Shown here one piece after another: positions 26,089 to 41,961 of a DNA stretch of 64,000 nt (its first letter is position 1; the number at the start of each line of letters is the position of its first letter). The stretch covers positions 8,308,001-8,372,000 of the forward strand of contig OX597828.1 in the NCBI GenBank assembly GCA_951406725.2, in the 5' to 3' direction. A program made the translations under genes and the position numbers. Below the pieces are notes generated by a model. That model was given only the letters and a program-made list of their open reading frames with translations, was not told the DNA's origin and ran no database searches. This stretch comes from Octopus vulgaris (taxonomy: Eukaryota).

Positions 26089-26434
26089 AATGAAAGAAAA
26101 CGATACCTACCAAATTCTACTACACTCGCCCATGTAGGTTGATGTGTTCGAACTTCCGAGAATTCTAGAATTTAAGCTTTCGTCTTTTCTATTCTTTTTC
26201 ATTTGTATCGGTCAGTTTTAAGCTGAGTGTATTTAATAGTCCGTTTCAATATTGTAACTTTCTCTGTAGTATTTTTGTGCTTAGAAAACTGATACTGTGG
26301 AGATATTCACTAATGGTTATTACTTTACCTCGCTCCTACAGAAGTGTTCTTACTGAACCACTAAGAACAAAATAAAAGGTACCCACGCAAAAGTTGTCCA
26401 AAAAAATAAAAGAATCTTATTTCATCACAAGCAA

Positions 26435-26712
26435 CAACATGGCCTAGTGGCTAGAGCAGTCACGTGTTTGAATCTCAGACCCGGCGAGGTGTGAGTTTAT
26501 GAGTGAAACACCTAAGCTCCACGTGACTCCGGCAGAAGGTAACGGTGAACTTCTGCTGATTCCATCGTCACACCTTACTCTCACTCTTTCCTCCTGCATC
26601 TTACAGCTCATCTGCGACGGACGGGCGTCCCGTCTAGGTGGGGAACGTAGGCCAAGGAGACCGGGAAACCGGCTCTAATGAGCCAGGTATGGCTCGAGAA
26701 GGAACAAACAAC
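26435..26712 (+). mobile_element. tRNA-derived SINE family C with V-domain-like tail
   Basis: TGGCCTAGTGG A box; CTGCGACGGACGGGCGTCCCGTC..GAAACCGG resembles the V-SINE domain; matches 60088-60375. Confidence 0.85.
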
Positions 26713-26822
26713 ATAGTGGAGGGTAATGATTTTTCGAAACAATTTGTAAAAGGAAAGAAAATCCTCCGATGATCCTTTCGAGAAAATATCTTGTAAAGAT
26801 GTTCAAGGGAATATAACTTTTT

Positions 26823-26854
<32 letters not shown>

Positions 26855-26914
26855 GGCAACGAGGGCAGCAACAGTAATATCAAAACAGCTAACACTATGA
26901 TAATAACATTATGC

Positions 26915-27360
26915 CTTTCTAATTTTGTTTCAAGGCTAACAATTTTACAGGGAGGCGCTAGTCGATAACACAGAACCCACTGCTTGATTGGTACTTATTT
27001 TATCGACCCTGAAAAGATTACAGGAAAACTCTAATTCATTGGCATTTGATCTGATAATCTAAGGCGGCGAAAGAAATGCTATTCAGAACTTTGTCCAACT
27101 CCTTAATATTCACGCAGCCTGTTGCCGTAACAAAAAAAAATAACAACAATGGTTTCAAATTTTGGCACTAGGCCTGCAATTTCGTGGGCGGGTTACGTCG
27201 GTTACATCTACCTCGGTGCTCAATTGGTCCTTATTTTATGGACCCTGAAAGGATGATGGGCAAAGTCGGACGCGGTGGGACTTGAACTCAGAACGTAAAC
27301 TGGACGAAACACGACTAAGCATTTTGCCCGTGCTTAACGATTCAGCCACTTCGCTGCCCT
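26915..27360 (-). mobile_element. Two tandem SINE family B copies
   Basis: Twice AATTTTG..AGGC..CAATTT..GTCG..GGT.CTTATTTTAT.GACCCTGAAA. Confidence 0.8.
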
Positions 27361-27549
27361 GAGAACAACTATACCGAGAACAAGAGCAACAACGACAACA
27401 ACAGCACAACAACAATAAAAACAGCAGCAAAAACAACAACAACAACAATAATAATAATAAAAAACAATAATAAAATTGAAAAAATCGTAAATTTTCAAGC
27501 AAACAAAAATATAAACAAATAAATATTGCTACAAACATAGAAGCCGTAT

Positions 27550-27558
27550 ACTTACCTT
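27550..27558 (-). promoter_or_regulatory. Consensus 5' splice donor AAG|GTAAGT
   Basis: Plus strand ACTTACCTT in non-repeat sequence; no acceptor or ORF confirmed. Confidence 0.3.
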
Positions 27559-29723
27559 ACATACACATAGTCATAACGAACACCGAAACCTCGGGCGTTT
27601 CTCCAATATTTATTTAAAATCGAAGCCTCTAGAGAAAGACTGAGACAATTTTATTTCATCTTCACAAAGAATGTTTGATAAGTTAAAAATAAAAATTAAT
27701 CAATAAACTAAAATACGTCTATTTTTAAATTTAACGTTTGTATTTATCACGGACACATTTTTTTAATACGTAACAGTCTATTTTAGTTTTCAGCTTTGTT
27801 TTCTCTCAACAAGAAAACATAACAAATATTTCAGTATAAAAGAAATATATCTCTCCCTAGGCATATTTTGCTCTAGTTTTTTGAATATTTTCAACCTATA
27901 TACATATTTATTTTTTCACCCAGTTTATTTGTAAAATATAAAAGCAAAATGGCCGACTTAACTTATTTGACTAGGAAATGATTGTTACTCATAGTTACAG
28001 CGTAAATGGCTTTTGTTTGGCAAGGTACTTAATGTATAAAGAGTATTACTCAGCTCTTCTCAGGTAATAGCCCTATCAACAGACCGATGTAGTGTCAATT
28101 GTTTCATCTACTACAACCTATATGGCTAAAAGTCTTTAAGACTCACTCAAGGTTTTAGAATCATCTGTAATTCTTTACCTTTAAGCGCTGCCAAGTGTAC
28201 AAGAAATATGTTTAAAGGTAACTGAATGGAGATAATCAATTGGATTTATTTCTTAGTGTATTGCATACGTTGTGGGATATGACCTTCTATTTTTAAGATA
28301 CAATGATGCACGTTGAAAAAGATTAAGCAGTTTGTCCTACCTGGTTGAAATACTGAGGACATTCCTTGTTGGTTGGTAGAGCCACTAGTTGTTGTGTGAG
28401 TATGTTTGAATTCTTTGAAAGTGAAATAAAGACGTTTCAGGTATTCTTGAAGATTTTTCTATTTTGAACAAGCCAAACTAAATCGGTAAGCTACTAAAAA
28501 GCATAAGTGCAATCGATAAGTCATCGAAACTGTAATGACGTTTTGTCCATAACTGATTGGTGGGTGATGAGCATGAAACGTCCTCTGTCAGATTTTCCTG
28601 TTTTCTAAATGGTCCGTTGTTGTCTTTCGGGCAGTTTTTTAGAAATGCACACACAAATACATGCGCGCGCCGCACGCAAGCACGTGTCTCTGTATTTTTT
28701 TCCTCATGTATCCTTTCTGTAGAAGAACACACCAGGAAGATCAACTTCATAAACACTATTTGTTTTTAGTTTTACCACGTTTTCGCATTTTTACATTTTT
28801 GTTCCTTATACATGCATATGTATGTGTATATGTATGTAGGCGTAATATAACCGTATCGTTGAATGATCGGGAACAAATCGTTACATCTGAATGATCGGGT
28901 TCCCCCATAATTTGTGTTTTACACATATCTATGCGTGATAGCGCCTACTCACACACAATCAATAACAGGAATAGAATTCACAATGAATTTGGAATTATAG
29001 AGTAGTTCTCATTGTAGATAAGGTTATAGGGTGAAATAACTCTATAACATATATACACCCATATAGCTTAATTTGTTATATAAAAATGTCTTTGAATAAC
29101 CTTATGTCATTGTTTTAAAAGTAGACTAATGCATTCACTTTGTGGGTGATGTAATCAAGCATACGGATACATGTACGCAACCATATCCACACGTGCCAAC
29201 ATACACACACAAATATATACACACATGACAATACACGCACTAAAAAAAGCAACAAATTCCGTACGCATACATATCTTCGCTCACCCTCACTTATACACAT
29301 TGGTAAGCATATATATATATATATATACATATGCATTTTTGTATATCGATAATTTGAGTGTTTTATTATATCCATATGAATGTATATTAGTACAAGTAAT
29401 CCATTTATTTAAGCCGATGCCCAACAGAAATAAAGGAAACGACCGTAGACATTTTTGGGTGTTATGTTTAGTAATTTGTGAAAAATTAAGTTCAAAAATA
29501 AACTCTGATACATTCGATTACATTTTCGATATTCCCATGAAGATTCATACTGTTCTACTGCGTTTGTCACGTGAATTCTTACAACTGCTTCTCTTTACAT
29601 ATTTTGAATGCCTTGAACGAGATTTTTGCTATACACATGTTTACACACAAACATATGTACACGCATTTAGAATATTTGCTAGGAACCATGCACAAAAATG
29701 TTTTTCTCGAGACATTCTAACTG

Positions 29724-29756
<33 letters not shown>

Positions 29757-29791
29757 TATACATACATATATACATATATACACGCGCACAA

Positions 29792-29825
<34 letters not shown>

Positions 29826-30110
29826 GTATGTATATAAGTGTGTGCATGTGTTAATGTGTATGTATAAGTGTGAAATTACTTTTATTATATTCCTGATTTA
29901 CGTACAAGACCATCAATTCTGAGGAAAGTGACCCAGTCGACATCATTCAGCCTGAAATAATGAAAATAACTCAGACTTCACCTGAATTTTAAACTCAGAG
30001 CATAAGTGTCTGGAATAAATATCCCCAAGCAATTTTCCCGATGCTGTAACGATCCTGATGATTCACCATTATTATTAATCTATAATGAAGTATTAAACAG
30101 AAAATGACAT

Positions 30111-30321
30111 GAGAAAAGGTTCTAAAAATGCAGAGAAAGAAACTGAAAAACCTTTATACATTTCAGGCATAAAGGATACAGTCAAAGAAATGTGTGACTC
30201 ATTAGATCCAGCCTGGTTATCCAAATGGCAGGATCTAACTAGACGCACATTTCTTTGACAGTATCCCTCTTGTGCCTGAAATATGTAACGGTATTTTCAT
30301 GCATTCTTAGTAGCTTTCCTC
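30111..30321. repeat. Imperfect fold-back inverted repeat (MITE-like)
   Basis: TTTCAGGCATAAAGGATACAGTCAAAGAAATGTG..TTAGATCC.GCC pairs with GGC.GGATCTAA..CACATTTCTTTGACAGTATCC..TGCCTGAAA; 13-nt loop. Confidence 0.85.
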
Positions 30322-30912
30322 CTTAAATTTTCGTTCATTATATTACTTCTAAGCTGCAATGCTTCAAGCGAACTATAAGGTTCTTCTTCCACAGTAGAAT
30401 ATTAAAACATTAACAAAAAACCCCAAATATTTAACGAAATAGCATTGAAATATACGGGAAGTTAGACATCATGGGATTGGAAACCCCGTTAGCGATCTTG
30501 AATTTCTACTTCCTATCATGAAAAACACAAAACAAAACAAAGCACGTTTGAAGTGTCATGCCATAGTGGCAAATATTATCAGACACAGTCAATGGTAAAG
30601 AAACAAACTGAATGCTTTGCAGTATGTATTCAATTCAATTCTGTTTTTATTGTCATTGTATACAATTACGATATCTGTCTGTATACGCCAGTGATCTAGT
30701 CTCAAAACTATATGTAGGGTGGCTTTGCCTTTCATTCGTCGAAGATCGATAGATTGATTTCCCGTATTAGTTAGAAGTCCTCAGCTTCTATATAAAATGT
30801 GAGCAAATGAGATTGGGTGATGTTTATGTCTTCCTACTTTCCGATAAACCACGTAGCGTTAAAGCCATTGCTGCTTTTTCTATAGACACTATCAAGTAGG
30901 TATATACATACC

Positions 30913-30975
<63 letters not shown>

Positions 30976-31491
30976 GTTCTTGTCTCTTGGTAATAATACA
31001 ATAAGAATCATCATCATCGTCGTCATCATCATCATCATGCAGAGTGTCATCGTCCCTACACACTAACCAGCGCCACCGCCACTAACATCGCCTCTAAGAA
31101 CGGCAATATCAGTAGCATCGATACCATTACTGTTATTGTTTTGTTATAGTTGAAGTTTTAGCATCTCTGTAATATATGGTAAGTTCGTAAAGAATTTCGA
31201 TTCCCATTTGGGTAGCGAAGATGACAAAATCTTTAATCACGTAACGCTATTTCCATTGATAATACATGCATACATACATGCATACTCACATGTATACGTA
31301 CATGTTCGCGCGCATACAGATATGTATGTATACACATATATATGCATGTGCGCCTTTGTGTGTGTATGTCTAAGCAAGTATATATACATACGTATATATA
31401 ACATAAATAATATATAAATATATGCATATACACATACATGTATGTACATACCTACATATATACCATACGTATGTATACATATATATATATG

Positions 31492-31614
<123 letters not shown>

Positions 31615-32100
31615 TTAAACTAGGATCAGTTAAGAGAGATATATCGTAGTTGACAGTGAAATGAATATAAAAAAAGACAAATTAAGTTGTTTTACATACA
31701 ATACGAACCAAATTATTAATTTATTGATATTATTTTCCCTTTGGGAGAAGAATAAACAAAATCCTTGTGGCAAATGTGTTATGTTGAGTTCGGATAATCT
31801 CATGCAAAAGAAATAGTAGAAAGAAAAGTGATGCACTGTGCAGGAAGAGACATCCGATTAACAGGAGACATGTGACTGGGGAGAACTGCTATTTCTACAT
31901 TGTTAAATATAATCAGTAGTGCAGTCATTGTATATCTGTCACCAGACGTGACACACGCACACACACATACACAATAGACACACACTCATATTAAGAGAGA
32001 GAGAGAGAGAGAGAGAAGAATGTCACAACTTAATTTATAAAATTCAAACGAAAATATATGAAGAGATATGGTTCAGTGAGATTATCTCTCCGTGTTTCTC

Positions 32101-32185
<85 letters not shown>

Positions 32186-34693
32186 ATGTCTGTGTACACA
32201 CATATATACATATATATGTGTGTATATATATATATGTGTATATATATATATGTGTGTGTGTGTGTATGTCTGTGTGCATATTCGCATATATATATATATA
32301 TATATATATACACATGTTTACACAAACATATGTACACGCGCGCAAGCGCATATTGAACATTTGCTAGGTCCCATGTACCAAAATAATTTTCTTCAGGCAT
32401 TCTAACTATTTATGTATATATATATATTTGTGTGTGTGCATGTGTTAGTGTATATGTGTATGTGTGAGTTTGTAAAATCACGTAGAACTGTCTTTATACC
32501 ATCTATATCTCTACGAAAGTACTTTTAGTACTATTTTGTTTTCCTTCGTAACCAGCATCACACTGAAAGTGAACCAGCTTTCTAAATGTTCACATCTTTG
32601 TGAATAATATCACAGCGAATAGAATACGTTCAATTGTGTATTTTCAGTTGATTCAGTCTGGTCAATTTTATATAATAGCCTCCTGAGTATTGTTGCGCAC
32701 TTATACAACTCGCGTTTCCGTTTTTGACAGTCTACTTCCGTAACTCTTTTAATGGCTTTGCTCACTCTTCAACTCCACCCTCTCTTTGTCTGCGATGTAT
32801 GTGACTCTTTCTCTTTCTCTTTTCCCCCTCTCTCAGTTATGTTCATTTAAGCAGTCCGTCACAAATAGCGCAATCTTCACCTCGTAACCTTACCTTTTGT
32901 TACTCACCTCAAAGGATAACTCGTGATAGTTCTACAGATTTTCTGATTCCCCGTTATTGGTACTAGATATATTGTTATTCTTTCGGTTAATGACCTACCA
33001 TTCGGTTTGCTTGTGTTGGACCGAGTTCATTACATTCCGATCTCTGAAACTGCAGTGTAATTTATGGCTTTCACTGTGTTTTGTCGAACAATTCTTCGCT
33101 CTTATTATATAAGAAATTCTTCTTCGCAGTTTTTCTGTCTGCTTATTTAGAACAGAGAGGTTTTTTGATTGCATTCGTACAGATTTTGAATTATCTTCAG
33201 TTTTTGCTACTTCTTTTAGAATTAACAATTTTGTTATCTTTACTTTTGTTTTATAACTTTATAATATGTGAAGTAATTTTTTTTTGTAATACACTACAAT
33301 GTTTAAGTTTCTAGTGTTAGTGTTCAACTGAGAATTAGGAAAACAAATGGAGATAAATATAGCAAATTGTTACAATACATACTCTTCTGATTAATCTAAA
33401 AACTAGCATTCGCAGAAACTTCACATATACACCCAAATACAGTAGCCATCACCACTTGCTGCTTCCGCTTCTTCTTCGATTTCACGAGGAAAATGAGAAG
33501 GGAACTGTGTCAAATAGTAAGACGTTATAGGTGGGGGTGGAAAAGAAAAAAATGCAACTAGAAAAAGCACAAGTGCAACAATAAAAGTAACCAAAACTGG
33601 AAAAAACACAGCAAAACGATAATGATATCATGAAAAACTGCACAAACAACAACACTAGTTACTGCAACAATACATAAACTCCCTAACTGCATGACCAAGT
33701 AGCAACAACACCAACTAATACTACCACTACTACAGTAATCCAGAGACAGATGAGGTACCTGTAAATACATGGATAAGGAACGTCATTGCGCGACGTAAAA
33801 TTAAAGGCTAAATGTTAGAATGCCCACAATGATACACAAACAGACGTATGAAAGGAACATTGGTGGATATATATGCGTACATCGTACATAAAAGTTCGAT
33901 TGATTAACTATATACAATATGTGTTCACAAGAGATAACCTATGACTACTCGAACAACAGATTTATAACTGTTACTTCGAAATTTATTCATTTATTTATTT
34001 GTGCTGTTAGACATAAAGAGATGGCATGTCATGCAAAACAGGAACTTGATATAGTGACGGTTATGACTTTTCCAAAGATGTTTAGGAACGTTAGCAAAAG
34101 GGAAACATCATCAAACGAAAAATGTATCTATGATGCACATTCAAATTTACTGTGAATTTTAAATCGGCCAGCAATGAAGGAAACACTTAGTGAACTATTG
34201 AACTTAGAATTATCTACCCCCCAAAATCAACACCAGATCAAGCAAACTATCGTATTGAAACAACAAAAGACACACGAAATAATATAATACTAGATAAAGA
34301 GACGAATTCCTCAAAGTTCTTTCTCACAAGGTACACAATAAACGAGTGACTAACCCACACAAATATGCATCAGATATAAAATAGTTTATATGTAATGAAA
34401 ATAAAAAACAGAAAACGCCATATTTGAGTCCAGGTATTCCCAAAATTCCATATTGCAAAACAAAATTGACTAATACTCAGTGTGACATGTACTTAGTATA
34501 TGGAAAAAAAAAGAGAAAAAGAGAAAGTTTTCCATATAATTTGATGAATTGGTAAAAAGTTTCAAAGAAATCCTATCTTGCTGGAAACCAATTGCTAATT
34601 TATCGCTTCACTACAAACGTTTATTAAACTCTAAATATATTTATATATATAGATACATGTATAAATACACACATACATACACACACACACGCA

Positions 34694-34773
<80 letters not shown>

Positions 34774-34861
34774 CATGCATACATATTGACATATGTTTTT
34801 CTATGAATATACATATAAGTAAGGATGCATGCATATATATATTTATATAATTATACATTCA

Positions 34862-34913
<52 letters not shown>

Positions 34914-35389
34914 GGAGAGAGGGAGGAAGAGAGACATGTATAGATGTGTAGATGTACATAATACACATTTTAACGTATATATGCATTCATATATGTATGA
35001 TTGTATGGAAGTATGCATGTATGTATGTATGTATGTATGTATGTATGTATGTATGTATGTATGTATGTATGTATGTATGTATGTATGTACATACATACAT
35101 ATGTATGTACATATAAGTACATACTACTCACATAAACAGATGTATAAATGCGTCTTAGTAAATAATGCTGTTTAATAGAAAGGAACAAAAGCTAGATACT
35201 TAACAGCAATAATTTTAATATTAACATTATAAATCACCATAATAAATCATTATTATAATAATGATTTCTAATTTTAGCGCAAGGCCAGCAATTTCGTGTG
35301 AAGGGATAAATCTTTTACGTCAACCCCATTACGGAAATTGTATTTATATTATCGACCCCTTCTACATTAGACGACTTATTTTTTAGACC

Positions 35390-36365
<976 letters not shown>

Positions 36366-36992
36366 TTTTAATCAGCATGTTTGTTATGATCACAGGGCAA
36401 GACACACCCAGCTTCCTAGGGCGAGTGTAGGATAAGAGATGTTACAGTATGACAGAAAGTGGCAGGGGCACTATCGAAGTATCTTCATGCAATACAACAC
36501 AGACATTTAAATTGATAAGGTCTTCTTAAGGATGTGGGGAGTACATGTCAGCACAGTCTTTCGGATTTCTCTGAGACATGGTTCTCCTGGGATATTATCT
36601 AGATGTTTCTGATATCTCCTTTTTATCATATCTGAGGCACCTACAACAACAGAAACAATTCTCGCTTTAAGATGACACAGCTTTTGTATTTCAATTTCCA
36701 GGTCCCTATATTATTTAATTTATCAAATTACTTTACAGATATATTTTTATCAGTGGCAACAATTACATCTATTAGTCTACATGTAATTTTCTATTGTTTC
36801 ATTAAATTTATGCAGAGTCTGCATTTAGGGTCAGGACTGTTTTGAACAACGTTAGCCTATTAGATTTTAGTAAGTAAGCTTTGATCTTGTGCTACCAACA
36901 TGAAACCTTCAGTCTCTGCTTTCGGTCCTGACCTTCTCAACACTTGATATGTTGTTTCTTGGTCTACATCAACATTTCGTCTCCGAAGTATA
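36366..36992 (-). mobile_element. Dong/R4-clade LINE 3' fragment
   Basis: VDVDQETTYQVLRRSGPKAETEGFMLVAQDQSL, LEIEIQKL..IVSVVVGA, EIRKTVL..HILKKTLSI; 3' end abuts (TAA)n. Confidence 0.85.
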
Positions 36993-37067
<75 letters not shown>

Positions 37068-37136
37068 GACGACGACGACGACGACGACGACTACTGATAC
37101 TGCTAATACTTCTGCTGCTGTTGCTGCTGCTGCTAT

Positions 37137-37196
<60 letters not shown>

Positions 37197-37217
37197 AATA
37201 ATAATAATTATTATTAT
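36993..37217. repeat. (CTA)n/(CGA)n/(TAA)n microsatellite
   Basis: Direct reading. Confidence 0.95.
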
Positions 37218-37685
37218 TGAGCGAGAGAGCAGTGCAAGAAATCAAAGTAACACAGGTTAAATATACAAAGCCCAGTGTACCGTTCACGTCTACCCGACTG
37301 ATAAGTGTACACTAGCCATACGTGCGCGTCATAGTGATCCTATATCAAGATTAACAGTGTGTGACCTTGCAGGTGGTACCCAGTCAGAATTTTCTTCATG
37401 TCGAGTAGCCCATTTCACTCAAAAGGTCCCTGAATAAGAGTCGATTAAGGATATTGGACAAAACACACGTGTTTCCATAGATGACTTATCCAAACTCCAG
37501 AGAATTCCTCGCAACACATAGCTATGATGCTCCCTAACTACTTCTGCTTGTGATCATATTGCCAGCCACAAAGCGAGATGCTCAGCTGGTTAAGGTCAAA
37601 CAAAGATAAAACAATGTACATAACACTTCTAATCGGATAAGATCAGAAGCCATGAGAACCGCTGTCTGTTACTGCATCAGAGCAT
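37218..37685 (-). mobile_element. Family F repeat
   Basis: Reverse complement of 18047-18595, including the CTGATGCAGTA 5' end. Confidence 0.85.
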
Positions 37686-37991
37686 TTATTATCACCATCA
37701 TCATTATCAATAAAATTCAAATGCCAATTTGCTCTTTGTACGTACATGAGGCGTGTGCCACGCTTAAGAGAAACGAATTGTGGAAATAAATTTTGTTGCT
37801 TAAAGAAAAATTTAACTAGATGTCTTTTAGTTTTTGGAAGAGATCTGAAACCATAACCTATGTGTTATATTATGACTTCTCAACACCCATACCTACTGGT
37901 CCGCCGAAGCAGCAAGGTTCTTAACCGAAAAATTAAGATACTTAAATTTGACGCGTGTGTCGAGCGAGGGAGAGAGGAAGTGAGAAAGAAC

Positions 37992-38022
<31 letters not shown>

Positions 38023-38794
38023 AGGGAGTGACTGAATTCCTTTTAACGATTGAACTGAAATTCACCCCTGGCTATTAAAGGCCCAACGACACACATACAT
38101 TTGTTTTAGTTCTTCTACCCATTTGAATTCAGCCATGCACCAGATAACATGTTAAGTATTATATTCCGAAATTTAAATTTTGAATTTAACATCTTTTGGC
38201 TTTCGAATACAACAAGTTCTTTCTCTTTCTATATTTTTGTTAAGTTACAATTTCCCTGTATCGGTGAGGATTTTTCCAAATTCTTTTTTATTGTATCAAG
38301 TAATGGACGAAAACACACACACAAAAAATTCATAGAGCCGAACAAAATCAACAATATTAATTCTATTTTCCCCTTTCTTTAATATTAACAAGAGCATAGT
38401 ATGAGAGAGATTTGGCTGTTATTTCTAGCTATTTGAACAAGCATACATAGTTATTCAATTTGCATATACATATATATATATTAAATATGTCTATGTTTGT
38501 ACCCCCACCACCATTTCTTGACAACCGATGCTGGTGTGTTTGCGTCCCAGGCTTACAGGGAATGAGTTCGGGAATAAATTTATTCGACTGAAACAAGTAA
38601 AAGAATAAAAGAATACGAGAAAAACGTCCCGTACCACTAAACGAAGGGGGTTCTCGGAATATGTACGATGTATTTTATGGCTGAATAGTAATTCTCTTTA
38701 CGACTGCGTAACTGAAATATTTTGGTTGGATTATATAGTTATCTGTTTTGCCCTTATTTCTATATTCTGTAACTGTCGCAATGTACTTTTATAC

Positions 38795-39000
38795 TATAGG
38801 CACAAGTCCTGAATTTTTTTGTGGGGAGAGGGCCAGTCAATTAGATCGATGCCAGTACGCAAATGGCACTTAATTTATCGACCCAGAAAGGATGAAATGC
38901 AAAGTCGACCTCGGCAGAGTTTGTACTCAGAAGGTAAAGACTGACGAAATATCGCTAAGCATTTCGCCAGGTGTGCTAACTATTCTACCAGCTCGCCACC
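38795..39000 (-). mobile_element. SINE family B
   Basis: TTTATCGACCCAGAAAGGATGAAATGCAAAGTCGACCTCGGC..CCAGCTCGCC. Confidence 0.85.
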
Positions 39001-39107
39001 TTTAACTCTAACAATATATAGAAACATTTCTCATGGCACGAACACACAATTTACAGATGCTTACATTTTTTATATTTTCAGTGAGAACTTTTCACGGGTC
39101 CAGCAAC

Positions 39108-39186
<79 letters not shown>

Positions 39187-39188
<2 letters not shown>

Positions 39189-40395
39189 GTTTGACTTTTG
39201 CTTTGTATTTGTACAAGTTGGCTCAAAGTCTCACCCAGAGACCTCAAGCGACGACAAGTTAGAAGTTCATGTTGGTGTTATGCCAAGGGTATCATACATT
39301 TGGTATTGCACATTCAAGGGAATGTTTAAGAAAATATGAGAAAATTATATGTTTGTTTTAAAATTTGAGATTACATAGTATTTTACGTATGATATGGGCA
39401 GTTCCCTTGAGCACTATCTTTTGAATTTCTGCCATTTGGGGCTTTGCTGGCATCTGAGTTAGGTAGCAATCAGCCTGTTTTGCTATTAATCCTAGGGCAC
39501 CTATGACAATAGGTATTGTTTTAGTCTTGAAGTTCCACCTATTGCCAATTTCTCTTTCAAGATCTTTACACTTTTGGTAGGTCTTGACAGATACATTCAT
39601 GTTGAATGCGACAGTCATATCAATGAGGAGGCATGTTCTTTGTCTGAATTCTTTCAACATAATCTCTGGCCTATTCGCATCTATCTTTCTGTTAGTTTGA
39701 ATAGTGACGTTCCAGAAGAGTAAGATGTAATAATTTTCAAGCACTGGAGGTGGTTTGTGTTCCTACCAGTTCTTATCATGGGACAAGTCTAGGTTTTTGC
39801 AAATTACCCAGTGAATATATTGTGTAGCTCTATCATCCTGATGAGATACTCTGTTGCCGCAAGAAGACTGCACTTGGAGACTACACGATCAATGGTTTCA
39901 TTTTGTTGCTGACATACTGAACATGTTGGGCTACTGCCAGCTGTTCTTAATACGTTGCCCTGGTAGTTTCTTATAGGTAGGCATTGATCTTCGGCTGCTA
40001 TAATAAACCCGTCTAATTTTAAGCCAAAAGTGACTGAACATTGATGGATAAGGTCTCTGTCAACTTTGGCACAATTGGCTCTCTTTTGGTATTTGTCATT
40101 GTGAGGTTTTTCTTGCCATTTATCAGTAAGAATATCTAAGGCAGCCGTGTGAACACGGGCTTCCATGGGCTTAGCTTTTTCTCTGCCTGTTTCTAGTACG
40201 AATAATTCTGGAATTTGTTATATTTGGAATTCTCTTAGTTATTCCTTTGTCTGTTTTGTTACTGAATTAGTTTCTTTCTTATTTTCATGCTTGGAGACAA
40301 GTTTTAATATCTAGTCATCAGAATTTTTCAGCTAGGTGTCCAGGCCAATTGTGGCAATATTCATTGTTAATTCCAGTTACAAAAGTCCACGGTAA
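39187..40395 (-). mobile_element. Dong/R4-clade LINE 3' portion (knuckle, RLE and 3'UTR)
   Basis: ORFs 39804-40166 (GFIIAAEDQCLP, CSVCQQQNETID) and 39358-39744 (LFWNVTIQTNRKIDANRPEI, LIDMTV, IPIVIGALG, IQKIVLKGTAHIIRK); 3' end abuts (TTA)n. Confidence 0.92.
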
Positions 40396-40445
40396 CCATG
40401 TAATCATTAATGATTATCATTATTATTATAATTTTTGTTATTATT

Positions 40446-40502
<57 letters not shown>

Positions 40503-40544
40503 GCTGTTGCTGCTGAAAGATATGCTATGAAAGATATATACATG

Positions 40545-40638
<94 letters not shown>

Positions 40639-40653
40639 CATATATATATATAT

Positions 40654-40708
<55 letters not shown>

Positions 40709-41904
40709 TGTATGTATATATATATATATACATATATATTATATTTTAAAAACACATTCACAAATTCCATATCACAAACGCTCACGCACATACACACACA
40801 CAGACATATAAACATACACACAGGCACGTATAGAAATGTGTCTACATATTTTTGTACACACACGCACACTCACACATAAACGATCTATTCATCCGAACAT
40901 TCATTCATTTACGAGAAACTTTAATATACGTGTTTGGAGAAGGTTTGGGAGTGTTTATTTCCTGTGTATTTGAACACATATATACACACCTTGTACACAC
41001 CTACATAGAAAATTATATACATATTCACACAAATGCATTTATATGTGTATACATGAATTTAAGCCTCAGTGCTTCATCACATACCATGCATGGATTCATC
41101 TACATGCTTCGTATAAACGGACATATAGATTTTAGATCGTGTGTATATGTAATTAGCTATGCCTAGTAATATTATTATGTAAATGTATTTCATGCTAAAA
41201 TGTTGAGTAAATCAATTCAACTTATATGAAATTTTATTGATGTATTCTTTTTTAGCGTGACACATCATGGAATGTACTTTTAAATATCCGATGTAAAACA
41301 AGCAATATACGCAGTTTTCAAATGCTTGTTAAATTCGTCAGCTAATTTAAGTACGACAATTTCCAAAACTATGTCAATGGCTCCTTATGAAAAGCGTTAT
41401 TACATGTTTAAAATATATTGACACATGCTCACATATGCGCAAGCATGGACACAACTATATACATAAACAACTTGCAGAGATTTATTATATTAATTCAGCT
41501 TTTGATTTCGCGATAGTATAGTCATTGGTTCGATACACGGAAAGACTCATTTTATACCTTGAGCTAGGGACTTCGTTTTGGGTTTCTCCAATTCTTTTAA
41601 AAAGAAAATGTTTAGACATGCCAATCGGGTACATACTTATCTTCTCCATGGTGGTGATCCGGCGAACCAAGAGTGTCAATGTAGGCGGGTGGTATGAATC
41701 CGTTTCAAAGCAAAAAAGCACCTTAAACAAATAGTAGAGTTTACTAGAAAAAAACGAAACAAAACAAAACGGCACATTTTCATGTCATGCTTTCATTCGA
41801 GCAAGTACTGAAGTTTTATTACATCGTCATCAAAAGCAATCACGTGAGGCTGTACGTACATACCTATACGTATATATACAATTATATATCTACATATTTG
41901 TTTA

Positions 41905-41961
<57 letters not shown>

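Noticed and set aside
29171-29854. 227-aa ORF
   Set aside because: Runs through TA/CA repeats, has no recognisable domain and has composition typical of non-coding AT-rich DNA.
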